A stretch of DNA of 64,000 nucleotides from Octopus vulgaris (GCA_951406725.2 OX597818.1:109616001-109680000), one strand, 5' to 3'; shown: positions 1 to 14,495, numbered from the stretch's first letter. Notes: a model not told the origin generated them from the sequence alone. A program made the numbers and translations.

Positions 1-421
1 ACATCAGAATGAAATAAATAACGTACAAAATAATATTTTTGTTTAGAATAAACTCAATCCTATTCTGATTAGAGGTGAGTGTTCGGAAATATTCTAAAGA
101 ACCATCTTTGTCGAATTCTTCAATAATATTATCCAAAGCAATTTGCCAGTTGCCGATTTTTGACGCCATTGGACCGGTGTAAACCCAAGTGGATTCCTTG
201 TTAATATTAAGGCTACGATTACGGCGGCGAGCTGGCAGAAACGTTAGCCGAGGAGCATCTTTCGCCAGCGCAGAAAGACAAAACCCAATTTTCACCCTTT
301 CCTTCTCTCTGCCAGCACAAAGCAATCTTTACCTTTTCTTTCTCGGTCAGCAGAACGCACCACTATCAAATACCAACCAGCGAGCCATCAACATGTCGAT
401 TATTTACAATCACTACTATGT

Positions 422-797
422 GTTGTGGCACTCTGTCAGTTACAATGAGGAGGGTTCCAGTTGATCAACGGAACAGCCTGCTCGTGAAATTATCGTGCAA
501 GTGGCTGAGCACTCCACAGACACGTGTACCTTTAACAAGGTTCTCAGGAAGATTCAGCGTGACACAGAGTGCGACAAGGCTGGCCCTTTGAAATACAGGT
601 ACAACAGAAACAAGAAGAAAAAGTTAAAATGAAAGAGTATAGCAAGGGTCGTTACCACACCCTGCCGGAGCCACGTAGAACTTTAAGTGTTTTCACTCAA
701 TAAACACTCACAACGCCAGGTCTGTCTGGGAATCGAAACCGCGATCCTATGACCACGAACCCACTGCCCTAACCACCGGACCATTGGGCCTCCACAC
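422..797 (-). mobile_element. tRNA-derived SINE (family D)
   Basis: Reverse complement of the copy at 36499-36872, with A box and B box (gtttcgattccc). Confidence 0.85.
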
Positions 798-1014
798 TAC
801 TGTATGTATAACTAACGACTGCGGACAAATAAATGTGCGAATATTATTCTTTATTCGTTGCTGTTATTCTTCACTTCATCTGCGCGTTACAATGGTATTG
901 TTCTTCACATTAACAGTAGCTACATCGTTACCCTACAATTATAATAATTGCATTTTTCTCCACAATTGGTGCCTCCGACTTGAGAACCTTAGATCTTCAC
1001 ACTGCAACCCGATC

Positions 1015-1186
1015 TAGGTTAGGATGAGGGTTAAAGTTTAGGGTTCGAGTTTAAGTTTAAGATTTAAGATTAGAGTTAGGGTTCGGGGTTATGTTTGAGG
1101 TTTAGGGTTGGGGTTTAGGGTTAGGGTAAGTGTTAAGGTTAGGATTTAGGGTTTAGGATTAGGGTTGGAATTAGATTAGAGTTAGA
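1015..1186 (+). repeat. degenerate interstitial (TTAGGG)n telomere-like tract
   Basis: About 28 hexamer-like units (ttaggg, ttagag, ttaagg, ttcggg). Confidence 0.8.
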
Positions 1187-1756
1187 CTGCATGCGAAAGT
1201 ATAAATAGCCAGGTAGACCACACACTAAAGTGGACCCTTAAGGACCTTAGTGTAATCATAGATTCCCAAACCCATTTCCATCCATGAAGATAAGTAATAG
1301 TAAACAGTTTAAATCTACAACCGCTTGAATTATTCCGCAAAGACGGAATCTTCAGCGACTTGTCTGTGTCCTGATGAGTTTAAAGGGCATTATTTTCAAC
1401 TAATGCGAACAGTGATAAAAAAAAAAAAAACTACAACAAAACTCGAATACTGAACAGTGACCAGAAACAAGGTTTAGACTTTAGACACAAAAATGATAAC
1501 GTATGAAGTATTTGTAAACATAACATTTCAGTTAGAGTTAACACGTTCATGACCGCACTCTTGAAATAGGTTCAAACTAATTTACTTATCGTTTTTTATG
1601 AAGAGTGTAGGAAGGAATGGTTTTATCTTTCTTTCATTCACCCAGAAAAATAATGGTCAGGTAGTAAAGCGATTAGTAATGTGAGAGTAGAAGCGTATCT
1701 CATTTGTAATGAAGTGCGAATAAAACAGACTATTGGTCGGATTCATAGAAGTAGGT

Positions 1757-2065
1757 GGAGGCGCAATAGCCCAGTGTTTAGGCCAGCGGACTTGTTGTCA
1801 GAGGATCGCGGTTTCGATTCCCAGACCGGGCGTTGTGTGTGTTTATTGAGCGAAAACACCTAAAGCTCCACGAAGCTCCGGCAGGGGGTGGGGGTGACCC
1901 CTGTTGTACTCTTTCGCCCTAACTTTTTTTCACTCTTTCTTCCTGTTTCTTGAGTAACGCTGCGATGGACTGGTGTCCCGTCCAGCTGGGAGGAACACAT
2001 ACACCACAGAAACCGGGTCCATGAGCCTGACTAGGCTTGAAAAGGACGCATAAATAAATAAAAAT
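1757..2065 (+). mobile_element. tRNA-derived SINE with family D head and a different tail ending (TAAA)n
   Basis: ggaggcgcaatagcccagtg A box, ggtttcgattccc B box; the first ~190 bp match 36499. Confidence 0.8.
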
Positions 2066-2460
2066 AACAGAAAGTAGATTGACGCTTTATTAAGTATAAC
2101 ATAACGATAGAACCTTGGTAAGTTTTAATGAATTTCATTAAATTATTTCCTGTTGTCTTTTTAGGAGCAGGAATTTCTAGAAGGGGTGAATTCCCAGTCC
2201 CCTCGCTCCTACCCATTTTAGTCGCTTCTTACAACACGCAGGGAATACGGCGACTGTATTCTACCGATCCCACACACCCAGCCGCAGGGTTTGGGTGTTA
2301 GTTAACCCATCGCTGGGACCCTTACAGGTGCTACCACCCCGGGCCAGAGTAGACCTGGGAACAATAGAGGCTAAGAGGTGATTCCACACTCCTCAGACTC
2401 TGAAACCAGGGCCCCAGGGGACCCACTACCGGGTGTAGTTTAGAGTCATACCCAGGTGAT

Positions 2461-3305
2461 GAGATTTTCGAGAGATGGAATGGCTGGTTGGATGAATGTG
2501 AGTATAAACGGTGAGAGGTTGGAGGAGGTGAGTGTTTTTAAGTACCTGAGATCACGTGACGGCAGATGGGGGAGGGGTTGGCTGAGGAAGTGGGCTATAG
2601 AATGAGGGAGGGGAAAAAGATACTTGGAGTTGTGAAAGATATGCTGAGAGATAAGCGGTTGAGTATGAAAGCGAAAAGAGGTGTGTATGAGAGCGTGATT
2701 GTACCGATAATGTTATATGGCGCAGAGACGTGGGGTCTGAGAGAGGCGGAAAGGAAGCGACTAAATGTGTTTGAGATGGGATGTTTGAGGGCTATGGTTG
2801 GTGTGACACGGACGGACAGGATGAGGAATGAGGAGGTGCGAAGACGAGTAGGAATGAGGGAAAAACTAACAACCAAAATAGACGAATGTTGAGGTGGTTT
2901 GGACTCATGGAGAGGATGGATGAGGAGCAGAGGAAGATGAGGGCAGAAGTGGTAAGCAGCAGAACCAGAGGTAGACCTCAGTTTGTGTGGATGGATGGAA
3001 TGAAGAAAGCTTTGGTGGTTGGAGGTGTTGGAATGAGAGAGGCAAGAGAATTTATAAATGATAGGAAAGCTAGGAGAGTGTTTGCGGATGGATGCTCAAA
3101 GGGGTTCGGAACCAGCATGATGCAGTGGAGGTAAACCAGCATATGCTGTCGGCCCCCACTGCTGATATCGGGGGTTGCGTTTTATGCCTTAACCCGAGCA
3201 TAGGATGGGGCTCGCCTCTTTGAGCTGGGAAATGAATGGTATGTGTCTTGTTGTGGTTACCCGCTCCTAAAAAATGGGAAATAGACCTGGGTGTATATAA
3301 AAAAA
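2461..3305 (+). mobile_element. 5'-truncated RTE-clade LINE, decayed ORF C-terminus
   Basis: NGERLEEVSVFKYL, VPIMLYGAETW, LRWFG, RTRGRP..W.D, with frameshifts. Confidence 0.85.
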
Positions 3306-4079
3306 TGTATAAATTATTTATTTCTTCTGAGAAAAACAAAACAATTTACTTGATGAAAATAGCGTAAAACTGTTCTCGAGTATTTTAGTAGATTGCGCTT
3401 TTAGTACATAAGTTTTTTTTTTTCTCTTAGGTCCAAGTCGGCTCTGAACGAGCAGATTTGAGATCAACGGTGCTGCAAGTGTCATCCTATATTTTCTTCA
3501 AACAACAATATAATTCAGTCTCATTCCATAAAAACAAAACAAAGCAAACGGTACGGATGTAATTTGAGTGAGATTTGACAACCAATTTTAGCACCTCAAG
3601 AGACGATCTTTGGTTTGACAGTATTTTAATAATCGAAAAATGTAAGGATTTTAACATCCTTTCGGTTGGAGGCGCCTAGAAATCGTCACAAACTTTTGTG
3701 CTTGTTGAGCAGTTAGCAAACCCAGATTTAGCCTTTTGAGCGATTGCATTAAAAATTACGGCGGCCTCACATTTTGTCGGAGCAAGACGAAAACTTTGGT
3801 TCAAACGTTTTGAGGAATGGACGGACGTCTTGAGACTGAAGTAAAAAATAAAAAAAGACTAAATGAAAAGCAAAGAAACGAGAAAAACATACTTCATCTG
3901 GCACTGTAGACCAGGGCCCACCGTGGGCAAGCTGAATTTCGGCATGTCGTGGAAATTTCTTTGTTTTCATCACGTTCACCCAAGCGTCCCCTAGCACATG
4001 GTACCCTGGGCGACTGCCCGAGTTGCCGGTACCTTGAGCTGGCCCAGCTCGAGACATGTGTCAGTAGCCACGTTTGCAA

Positions 4080-4380
4080 AGGTTTTACTTCAAATGGAGG
4101 CAATGGTCACCAACTGAAATTGATCTAGCATCGCAAAGAATTATAGAAACTTTATGTGGTTTTGTGAACGTGCCATCCAACTTCTCAAAAGCGACAATGT
4201 ACAAGATGTGAATTCTACCATCGTTCAACAGGTACCAGTTCAAACCAGATGATTTAAGCCAGCTTATGCTGTAGTCGATGGGAACGATGCTACCGACTTT
4301 CCAACATAGTTTCTCAATTTGCTTTGCTGACCTCTTACCAACCTCAAAGAATCTTAAAATCTTAAGCAATGAAGAAAACC
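4080..4380 (+). pseudogene. Helitron PIF1-like helicase fragment
   Basis: Manual translation YRNFMWFCERAIQLLKSDNVQDVNSTIVQQVPVQTR*FK...VVDGNDATDFPT*FLN resembles the Helitron ERAILAPKN...FPTEFLNSL region; contains stops. Confidence 0.7.
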
Positions 4381-4632
4381 CATCCTGTGCACAGTGTAGA
4401 GCAACTCTTTCTACACAGAATCACATTTTCCGACTGATGACGTAGAGTAGAAGAGAAAAGTTGTACAGGGAGACAGCAATCCTCACGGAAATTGCCAAGT
4501 GGTGGGACCTGCGGGAGTTGAGACCAACAAACAGCCAAATTCGAAATAGCAAAAAGACAAAATTAAATACAGGAAGGAACACATATAAAAGCCCTCAATT
4601 AATTATTGAGAATAGTGGGTTGGGCAACATAA

Positions 4633-5027
4633 TCTCTCTCTATATAAAGCTGAAGTTGTCTGTGTATGGCAGGTTTGGTAGCCTTCAACTAACACTATCT
4701 CCTCCGAGACCCTGCGGCGCAAGTTGACCAAAATTGAGAGTATGATAGAAGAAGGCTTACTCTTTCTTCCGTAGAAGATAAAATTCAAATTGGACCATGT
4801 TAACACCAAAAATTATTTACATAAAAAAGGTCTAATTTTTTTCTATGAAAATCCCTATTTTTTACGATATTTTGACTGCTGTGTCGCTATTTTTCGGTGT
4901 ATTTCAACCAGAAAAATGTTCACTTAATGAGAATAATAAGCTACATGATACAAATTTTTTTACTTTTCAAAAATTCCAATTCTAAAGGGTCGAAACAAAC
5001 CCGAGCAACGCCGGGCGATACTGCTAG
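4633..5027 (+). mobile_element. non-autonomous Helitron
   Basis: A|TC 5' end, subterminal hairpin cccgagcaacgccggg, CTAG|T 3' end. Confidence 0.85.
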
Positions 5028-5319
5028 TATACATTAAAAGATAAACCGAACTCGATATCGGTGTCAATCCCAATTTCCTTCAAAATGACTAATTGATTTG
5101 TTGAAGAAAAAACGACGTCGTTGAGTGTTAGCAAGAAATTATATTTCGCCAGGCTTTGATCAAAGGTCTGTTCGATAAAGTTCAAAGGTATTTGATTCTT
5201 AATGGATGATGATAAAGCTCCTGAGACAAAAATAGCTGTGCTTCTTTGTATCAAGCCTCTGACAGGGTGCTGCAAATGGATCTGGTGGGTACACTGCTCT
5301 GACTTGGCATAACACTTCT

Positions 5320-5640
5320 TCTTCTTCAATGTAGGGGCACAAAATAGTTACTTGTGGTTGAACTTGCAGTGCACTGGGAGGGAAGGCTTGATATTTCTTA
5401 CCAACTGAAGAAAGCTAAGTACAAGGGCTTAATTGAGGATCTTGTCAAAGGATGGCATGCAGAATCATTTTCCATTGAAGTCCTCTGCTGCGGTTTCCCA
5501 GCGAAATCATTGTCCTATTTTGAGGCAGAAGTTGTGTTTAGACCCCAAACAACTGGGAAAATCCACTGAGGAAGATAGGTCTGCTAGCTGAGACAAGGTC
5601 AAGGTAGTTGTGTTTTACAAGAGAGCACAGATAGAACCCT
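5320..5640 (+). mobile_element. restriction-like endonuclease C-terminus of an R2/HERO-type non-LTR element
   Basis: VELAVHWE...KKAKYKGL...GW...IEV.C.GF motif. Confidence 0.7.
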
Positions 5641-5708
5641 TTCGGTAGGTGAAGGGTCAGTCTCCACATGCAGATTAAGGGGTAAAAAGCTTGTGAGAAA
5701 GAAGAGAA

Positions 5709-5711
<3 letters not shown>

Positions 5712-5788
<77 letters not shown>

Positions 5789-6062
5789 ACTAACAAAGAG
5801 ACAATATTAGGAGAGGCGCTTGCAACATCTTTCAGTTGCTCCCGCAGGTTCTGTACGGAGCAAAAGATCTCTTATGTGTGGTTCACTTATAAAAATAATC
5901 CCCAACTCGAATGGAATTACAGAACAGAAAAGAAGACAATCTTCCAAGAACATCACAACAAAAACACGAGATAGACAAAACCGTGACACCACCACCTACT
6001 ACTACTACTACTACTACTACTACTCTGTTGATCTGTTGTCTTTCTGTCTCTGTCTGTCTGCC

Positions 6063-6136
<74 letters not shown>

Positions 6137-6205
6137 CATACACACACACACGCTCTCTTCCTCTCTGCAACACACACATACACACACACACACACACACA
6201 CCCAC
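5712..6205. repeat. microsatellite cluster (AG)n, (TAC)n, (TCTG)n, (TC)n, (TA)n, (CA)n
   Basis: Directly visible. Confidence 0.95.
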
Positions 6206-6399
6206 ACTCTCTCGTTCTGTTATCAGCTTTTTTCATATCTTGACAAATTGAAAGCGAACCATTCCCATTAACTCCACCGCATATCATGGAGTAAGGTCCA
6301 ACAATAGTCAAAAGTCTGTTTGTACTTAATTCAACCCAAAACAGTGGATATATTTATTCATTTAGTACCAGGAGCTTTTTTTATACACACACACACACA

Positions 6400-6593
6400 C
6401 ACATATAAATAATAAATACATAAAGTTATCAACACAGTCGGCTGTGACGAAAGACATCGTTACGTCTCCATTGTATCAAGTTCAACATCTCCGCTCTGCA
6501 ATTAACACTTTGCAGCTCATGTTAGACTAAACCAAACTTCGGTTCTCGGACTCACAGACAGGTATTATAGTGTATCAGGATCCTTGCTAAAAG
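6400..6593 (+). promoter_or_regulatory. candidate core promoter and non-coding first exon of the gene
   Basis: TATAAA near 6404, non-repetitive sequence, perfect donor AAG|GTAAGT at 6594. The ATG-bearing exon has an acceptor at 11668, so an upstream exon is expected. Confidence 0.35.
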
Positions 6594-6639
6594 GTAAGTG
6601 AAGAATTCCACTGTAATTCTTTATGTCTCATAGAAAGCG

Positions 6640-9600
6640 TAAAATTATGAATGGCCGGGGATTTTAATCTTTGTCTGCAAGTCTTTAGATACTTCCAGTT
6701 ATCAACATGTAAATAATCCTAATGCTTTTAATGGCCCTGATGAGCCGATTATACTGGAGAAAATTTGTATCTAGTTTTTAAAAATTCTGGGATTTTTTCC
6801 AGGGTGCGGTAAGATCCATCTAAACTGATAAAGCCACGAATCTGGCTAACACCTCTCTCAAACCACGCAGGTAAAACGATTGCTTCTTTACTGACACTTA
6901 AGTGTTTATTAAAGCAAGTGGTCGGTATGATAGGGGACCTCAACCTTGTAGATATTTGGAGAGGTCATATCCCAGGAACATAAGGCTATACTTCTAGACG
7001 TTCAAAGCCTATTAGACGAGCAGGGCTAGATTTCTTTCTGGTGTCACAGAATTTGTATTCATTCATTTGCGAGTCTTCTATAAAGGTTGGGTACAGATCA
7101 GACCATTCTCTTGTAGACATCAAAATAGGATTTTCCAAAGAAGACCGTAAAAGTACATATTGGAAATTTAATAACTCCCTTTTAAGAGATCCCAAATATG
7201 TGTTAGCGGTGAAGGAAACCATTAGCGGCGTGGTTAAGCAACACGCCCCCACTTTAGATCCTGACAGAGATATTAGCTGAGTTAATATGCCTGAGATTGA
7301 ATTTATTATAAATGATTAATTTTTTTTGGAAACTCTGTTAGTGGAAATCAGAGGGAAAACTATTTCATACGCTGCATTCTTAAAAAAAAATCTAGAGTAG
7401 AAAAAGAACAAGATCTTCTAGATGATATCAAGCAACTGGAAACCAATTTGGTAGAAATTGAAAAACTCGAGGAAAAAAAAAAGAATTAGAAGAGATTCGT
7501 AAAGCAAAAATGGTGGGTATCATAATTCGCTCAAAGGCCAAGTGAATAGATGAAGGGGAGAAAAAGTTAGCCGTTATTTTTGCATCATTTTACGAAACTT
7601 TTTATTTTTTTAAGGAGTATGTGCTGAATGATTGTGATCTTGGTGAACTTTTTTCTGAAGGGACCCTGTATAGGCTTAGTAAGGGAGATTCTGACCCATT
7701 GGAAGGCCCAATGACTCCTGATGGACTTTTGAAATGTTTGAAAAAGGCAAAAAAAAAAACCAATAAAAGTCCAGGTTCGGATGGGTTCACTTAAAATTTT
7801 TATAAATTCTTTTGAAAAGATTTATCTCCGTTTTTGTTGAGGTCATTCAACCATAGCTTTGCTAAGGGTTATTTGTCAGCGACACAGAGGTAAAGTATTA
7901 TTACCTGTATTCCCAAAGTAGATAAGCTCAAGAGTTTTTCGAAGAACTGGAGACCTATTTCACTTCTCAATACTACCTACAAACTTTTCTCATCTGTTAT
8001 TGCTGAGAGGTTTAAAAGTCTCCTTCCAAAGTTGGTTAGTATTGATCAAACAGGTTTCATATCTAACAGATAGATTGGGGACAACGTAAGATCGATATAT
8101 GATTGATGAACTACACAGAATTAAATGACATCCCGAGAATGTTTTTAATAGATTTCGAGAAGGCATTTGATTCTGTCTCATGGTCATTTTTAAACAAGAC
8201 ATTAGCTTTTTTTTTTTGTTTTGTTTTGGTGATGACATCCGTAAGTGGTTCAATTCTGTACCATGGTGCTAGATCTTGTCTGACTATTAAAGGTACATTG
8301 TCTCCTTGGTTTCCTGTTGAGCGGGGGCTGTAGGCAGGGCGATCCTCTCTCTATATTTTTATCCTCTGCGTCGAGGTCCTGACTGGTCTTTTAAGAAAAA
8401 AAATACCGAGATATGAAAGGAATTATAGTTGATGATGGAGAGTATCTGTTGACGCAATATGCAGACGACACAGAGTTCATTTTAGCTGGTTCGCAAGAAT
8501 GAAGCTACAGTTGACACTTTGAATTTTTACGCTGATATATCGGGAATTAAAATTAGCTATGATAAGTCTCAGGTGATGTGGGTAGGTTCAAGAAAGGGTA
8601 GTTCAGTCAGATACCTAATTTAAACATAAGATGGAACCCAGATCACTTCAAGCTTCTGGGTGTAATATTTAAAGGATATGACTAAAAAGAATTTTGAAAA
8701 TAAATTATTTGAAATTCTGGTACTTGTGCCACGCTACAGATGTATGAAAAGAATAATTACATCAACGGGTAGAATTGCGGTTTTAAAATTACTGCTCATC
8801 TCAAATTTGAACTATCTCTTCTTTACTCTCCCAAATCCATCGGGTAAATTTCTTCAGGAAATAAACAAAATATTATTTAAATTTCTCTGGAGTGGAAAAC
8901 CTGATAAAATTAAGAGAGCTGTTGCTTGTGAGCCTGTTAAAGAAGGTGGACTTGGAATGGTCGAAGCTTTTGCTTACGGCAACTCTTTAAAGCTATCCTG
9001 GATGAGAAAGTTTCTGGACATTCACTATGAATCCGAATGGAAACACTTATGTTATGCCTCCTCCACAAAACTGAAAAATTTAGCTGTATTTGGTAACGTT
9101 TTCCCGAGCAAACTCGCTAACTCTATCAGAAATGATTTTTGACATCATTGTATTTCTGCCTTTGCCAAGTTTACAAATAAGAGCTTAATTCATTTGATGA
9201 ATTCATAACAGAACCAATTTACTTTAATAAACACTTAAGTGTCGGTAAAGTGACAATCGTTTTTTCCTGCGTGGTTTGAGAGAGGTGTTTGCCAGATTCG
9301 TAACTTTATCAGTTTAGATGGATCTTACCGCATCCTGGAAAAATCCCAGAATTTTAAAAAACTAGATACAAATTTTCTCCGGTATAATAGGCTCATCAGG
9401 GCCATTAAAAGCTACCAAACAAAGTTTAAAATAAGCAAACCTCCTGCTTTCCAACATTTAGAGGATAATACAGCTATCGGAAAGCTCATGTCTGTGAAGA
9501 AAGGAGCCGAACGATACTACTATGTTTTAAACAATGTTGAGACTTGTGTAATATTCAAACACAAATGGGAAGAGTGTATATTTGTTGAACTGGAATGGGA

Positions 9601-10135
9601 AAAAGATATTTTTTACTACCTATAAAGACAACAACAGATACTAAACTATGATGGTTCCAGTTCAGAATTATACCAAATATTTTAGCAACTAATTCTCTAC
9701 TATTCAAGATTAAATTGGCCGAAAGCAACCAGTGCACTTTTTGTCAAAGTGAGACGGTATCACAGCGTTTCTGGTAATGCGAAAGTGTACAGTCCTTCTG
9801 GTAACGCTTCTTAGATTTGCTGTATGAAAAGGGCATACATGTTCGCAACATGAAACTTTACCCACAGCTCATTCTCTTCGGATTGAGAAAAAAAAAAAAC
9901 CCATCTACTGACGGCATCTTTGACTTGCTAATATTATTAGCAAAATTCTTTATATATAAAGGCAAAGTGTCAAAAACCACGCTCAGCTTCAAACATTTTA
10001 GTTAGTTTGTGCACGACAGACATCTAATTGAAAAAAAAAAAAAACCCAAAAAACCAGATTATACGATGAAAGCAAGCAAGAGGAATTTTATAAAAAATGG
10101 AGTCCCTACTATGAGTCTTTAAACGCGTGGTAATC
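6640..10135 (+). mobile_element. decayed L1/Tx1-clade LINE ORF2 (APE end, RT, C-terminal zinc finger)
   Basis: GDFN, SDHS, YWKFNNSLL, KSPGSDGF, NWRPISLLN, DFEKAFDSVSW, QGDPLS, QYADDT, GGLGM, CTFC; many stops and frameshifts. Confidence 0.92.
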
Positions 10136-10244
10136 CTCTGGGGTTACTTCTTGTAGAACTACATAAAGATTTTATGAGTGATTGACGAGTGAATGTGTAG
10201 TAGTGTGTAGTCTATTTTATTTTATTCTGTTTATTAATTTTTTA

Positions 10245-10785
<541 letters not shown>

Positions 10786-10994
10786 ATGCTGTAGTGCTCA
10801 AATGATTTAAGTTCCGAAGTCTTTATCGCTGACAGGGTCCAAAGGGTAAAACTTGGGTATAAAAGAAATCCAGGTAGGCTGATAGTGATGCAGATAAACA
10901 CAATATATATATATATGGGGATATGTATAGATACATTATCTATTCAGAAGATAAACACATATGTGTAAGCATATAAATATTTATTTGTATATAT

Positions 10995-11178
10995 ACTGGT
11001 TTCCAATTTTGGCACAAGACCATCATTTTCGGGGGTAGAGAGTCAGTCGATTAAATCGATCCCAGTGCTCAACTAGTACTTATTTTATCGACCCCGAAAG
11101 AATGAAAGGCAAAGCCGACCATAGCAGAATTTCAACGTTACCCTGCGTGCTAACGATTCTGCCAGCTCACCGCCTTAA
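10995..11178 (-). mobile_element. SINE family A
   Basis: Reverse of ggcgagctggcagaatcgttagcacg...gcctttcatcctttcggggtcgat. Confidence 0.8.
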
Positions 11179-11542
11179 GATATTAATGTATTTTGGCAAA
11201 TAAATTTACTTTTACATGGAGTATAAAAAATACAGAAACGTAATTGGAGAATGCATATTTTTTGAAAACTCGACAGCTGTTTCAAGGAGCTCGGATTTAC
11301 GTAGAAGTTGTAATACTCATAGCGGATGGAAAACGCAAAAATTCATGGATATGCAGCCAGTAGATGGATGCATAGATATGTAATGGTAAAAATTTGTTGT
11401 TATAACAGCATGTTGTAAGATATGAGAGATGAACAATGCATCGGTCCGGCAAAAGATACTGATAGAATAAATACTAGGCTTACAATGAATAAGTTCTGGG
11501 GTCGATTTGTTCAACTAAAGGGGAACAAATCGACCCCAGAAC

Positions 11543-11617
<75 letters not shown>

Positions 11618-11772
11618 CACACACACACACTATGAACTTGTAATATTTTTCTTTCCGTATATTTCCAGAATTACCATTTTTTGGCATATAATTGCCAGGC
11701 ACCACCGCTCGAGAAATCACTGAAGAATATAAGGTTGATATCCATATCAAATTATTGAAATTACTGCCGATA

Positions 11773-11869
11773 ATGTTTCTATGGAAAACATCACTTTTGA
11801 TGCAGATTTTATTTTTGACTTGTTGCCCAACTTCTTCATGGGGAACACCTTGGAACTGCAGTGTCACTG
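11773..11869 (+). CDS. coding exon 1, signal peptide [32 protein letters not shown]
   Basis: Acceptor tttccag ends at 11668, ATG at 11773, donor G|gtaaga at 11870 (phase 1), hydrophobic N-terminus. Confidence 0.8.
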
Positions 11870-12306
11870 GTAAGACGCACACTTTCTTCCCAGCAGGGTC
11901 CCTTCTTGTTCTTCCGCAAAGCGATTTTAATCCTTGTTTATTGATTTCTGTTCAAGTCTTCAGACTATCATCGTGTCATTTTCTTCTCATTTTCTTCAAT
12001 TTTATCCGTTTTCTGCTCAATGTGGGAAGTTTGAAAGCTCATAACTTGCTGTGAGTTTAGTGAATTAGACATTGGGTTGGCAACTCCAGTAGACACCTCT
12101 GGCATGACAACCCCTAATTTAGCTTTGAAGGAAACTTTGGCAGGATCACTATAACATATTCATCTTGTAGGTGAAAACTCCTCAACATTCAGCAGAACAA
12201 AACAACATGAAGAAAATCCTTAAACAGGAACAATAATGGCTTTATTCATTGCGGTGTGTGTCGCAACTTTACAGATAATAGTTTTTCAATGTTGCGTATG
12301 AGACAT

Positions 12307-12368
<62 letters not shown>

Positions 12369-12903
12369 TGTTTTAAGTCCGTTTTCCATGCTGGCATGGG
12401 TTGGACAGTTTCACTGGGGACTGGCAAGCCAGGATGTCTCACCAGGCACCAATCTGATCTGACAACGTTTCTAGTTTAGAAAAATACCTTCTAAAAATAC
12501 TTAGTATATGAAAATACCTTGAAATAAAAACGATGCATCTTATGACCAGAGAACGGTTGTAAGAACAACCTACATACACTCAATGCTTCTCATCCAAAAC
12601 TCAGATGCAAAAAGGGGAAGATTAACTTTGTTTTTTTTCTTTTATAATTCATGGAATGTTCCAGATCGTTCTACAGAAGGTCACTCAAGCTACATCCCTT
12701 TTTTAATTTTTTTTTTTTAATTAACTGAGAGGGCACTACATAAGCTTTCAGACATTGCCACTGGCAAAGACCCACACCCGCATAATTTTCTTGCTAGCTC
12801 TACAGTTATCACTATGACTCACAAATAACCACCAATACACCGGCTGCTCTTGCTAAGGTATTTTTCAATGTTATTATTCCGAGTTCGATTCCAGGCTGTG
12901 ACC

Positions 12904-12966
<63 letters not shown>

Positions 12967-13545
12967 TTGAAAAATACCTTAGCAATGAGAACCCAGGTTT
13001 GAAATTTCCCCAAGACATCTGATGAAGGCTGGAGGGTATATCAGCCGAAACGTTGTGTTAACAACAAACAAGATAAGGACAAATATCCGTCAAATGTAAA
13101 TAATGTACAAACATATTTTATTTCTCAATTTAATTTGCTTTCTCTTTGAATCTAATTTTAGTGTTGTCTTATTTCTGTCAGGTCCAGTCATACTGCCGTC
13201 ATTCTCGTTACCAGAGAGGTATTCAGTTCAAACCGAGTCCAAACAGAACAACAGCACAAACATACATATTATGCATGAAATCTATTTTCACAACGTTTCA
13301 AAGCTAACAGTCAGAAATCTAACTCACATCACAAGTTGTTTGTATGATTATAACTTTGACCAACTTGTAACAATAGTCACAGGTAAGCGGCAGATTGATG
13401 GAAGTTTCAGAAACTTAAAAATACCATTATTTAGAATTTCTAATGACATCGACCATGTGGCAATTTCGGCAAAAGTCTTCAACCATACCCTTGGGCTGAC
13501 CAAAGCCTTGTTAACGGATTTGTACACGGAAGCTGAAAGAATCCA

Positions 13546-13603
<58 letters not shown>

Positions 13604-14449
13604 TTATCATCATCATCATCATCATCGTTTAACATCTGTTTTCCATGCTGGCATGGGTTGGACGGTTTGACTGGATACTGGCCAGCCAGCCAGAAGGCTG
13701 CACCAGGCTCCAATATGATCTGGCATGGTTTCTACAGCTGGATGCCCTTCCTAATGCTAACCACTCCGAGAGTGTAGTGGGTGTTTTTTACGTGCCACCA
13801 GCACAGGAGCCAGTCAGGTGGCACTGGCATCAACCACGTTCGGATGATGCCTTTTATGTGCCACCAGCACAGGAGCCAGTCAGGCAGCACTGGCATCAAC
13901 CCATGCTTGAATGGTGCTTATTACATGCCACCAACACGGGTGCCACTTAGGTGGCACTGGCGTCGGCCACAACTACGATTTCCATTTTTATTTTTATTTT
14001 TATTTTTTAAATTTTACTTGACCCAATAGGTCTTCTCAAGCACAGTGTAGCACCCGATGATTCAAGGGTACTTTCAAATGGTCTGCTTTACATACATACA
14101 TACATGTATGTTTGTATGTATGTATGTATGTATGTATGTATGTATGTATGTATGTATGTATGTATGTATGTATGTCATTATTCAGTTTATTTCAAGATTT
14201 CTTGCCAATAGAGTATGAGCCGGTTTCTAACCTAGATCCAAGGCTCCTTCACTGGAACTTCAAAATCAACAACAGTGTATGCATGTATGTATGTATGTAT
14301 GTGTGTATGTGTGTATGTATGTATGTATGTATGTATGTATGTATGCATGTGTGTATGTATGTATGTATGTATGTATGTATGTATGTATGTATGTATGTAT
14401 TAATGTATGGATGTATGTATGTGTGTGTGTGTATGTATGTATGTATGTA

Positions 14450-14481
<32 letters not shown>

Positions 14482-14495
14482 CATGTATGTATGTA

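Noticed and set aside
13780-13970. Regularly spaced ~25 bp repeats resembling a CRISPR array
   Set aside because: Eukaryotic context, the spacers are homologous to each other, and the repeats are internal units of SINE family C.
14178-14275. Hammerhead-like UGAAGGA..AGAAAC repeat (related pieces at 60715 and 63545-63710)
   Set aside because: The core does not match CUGANGA in any copy here, so a ribozyme call cannot be supported without a consensus.
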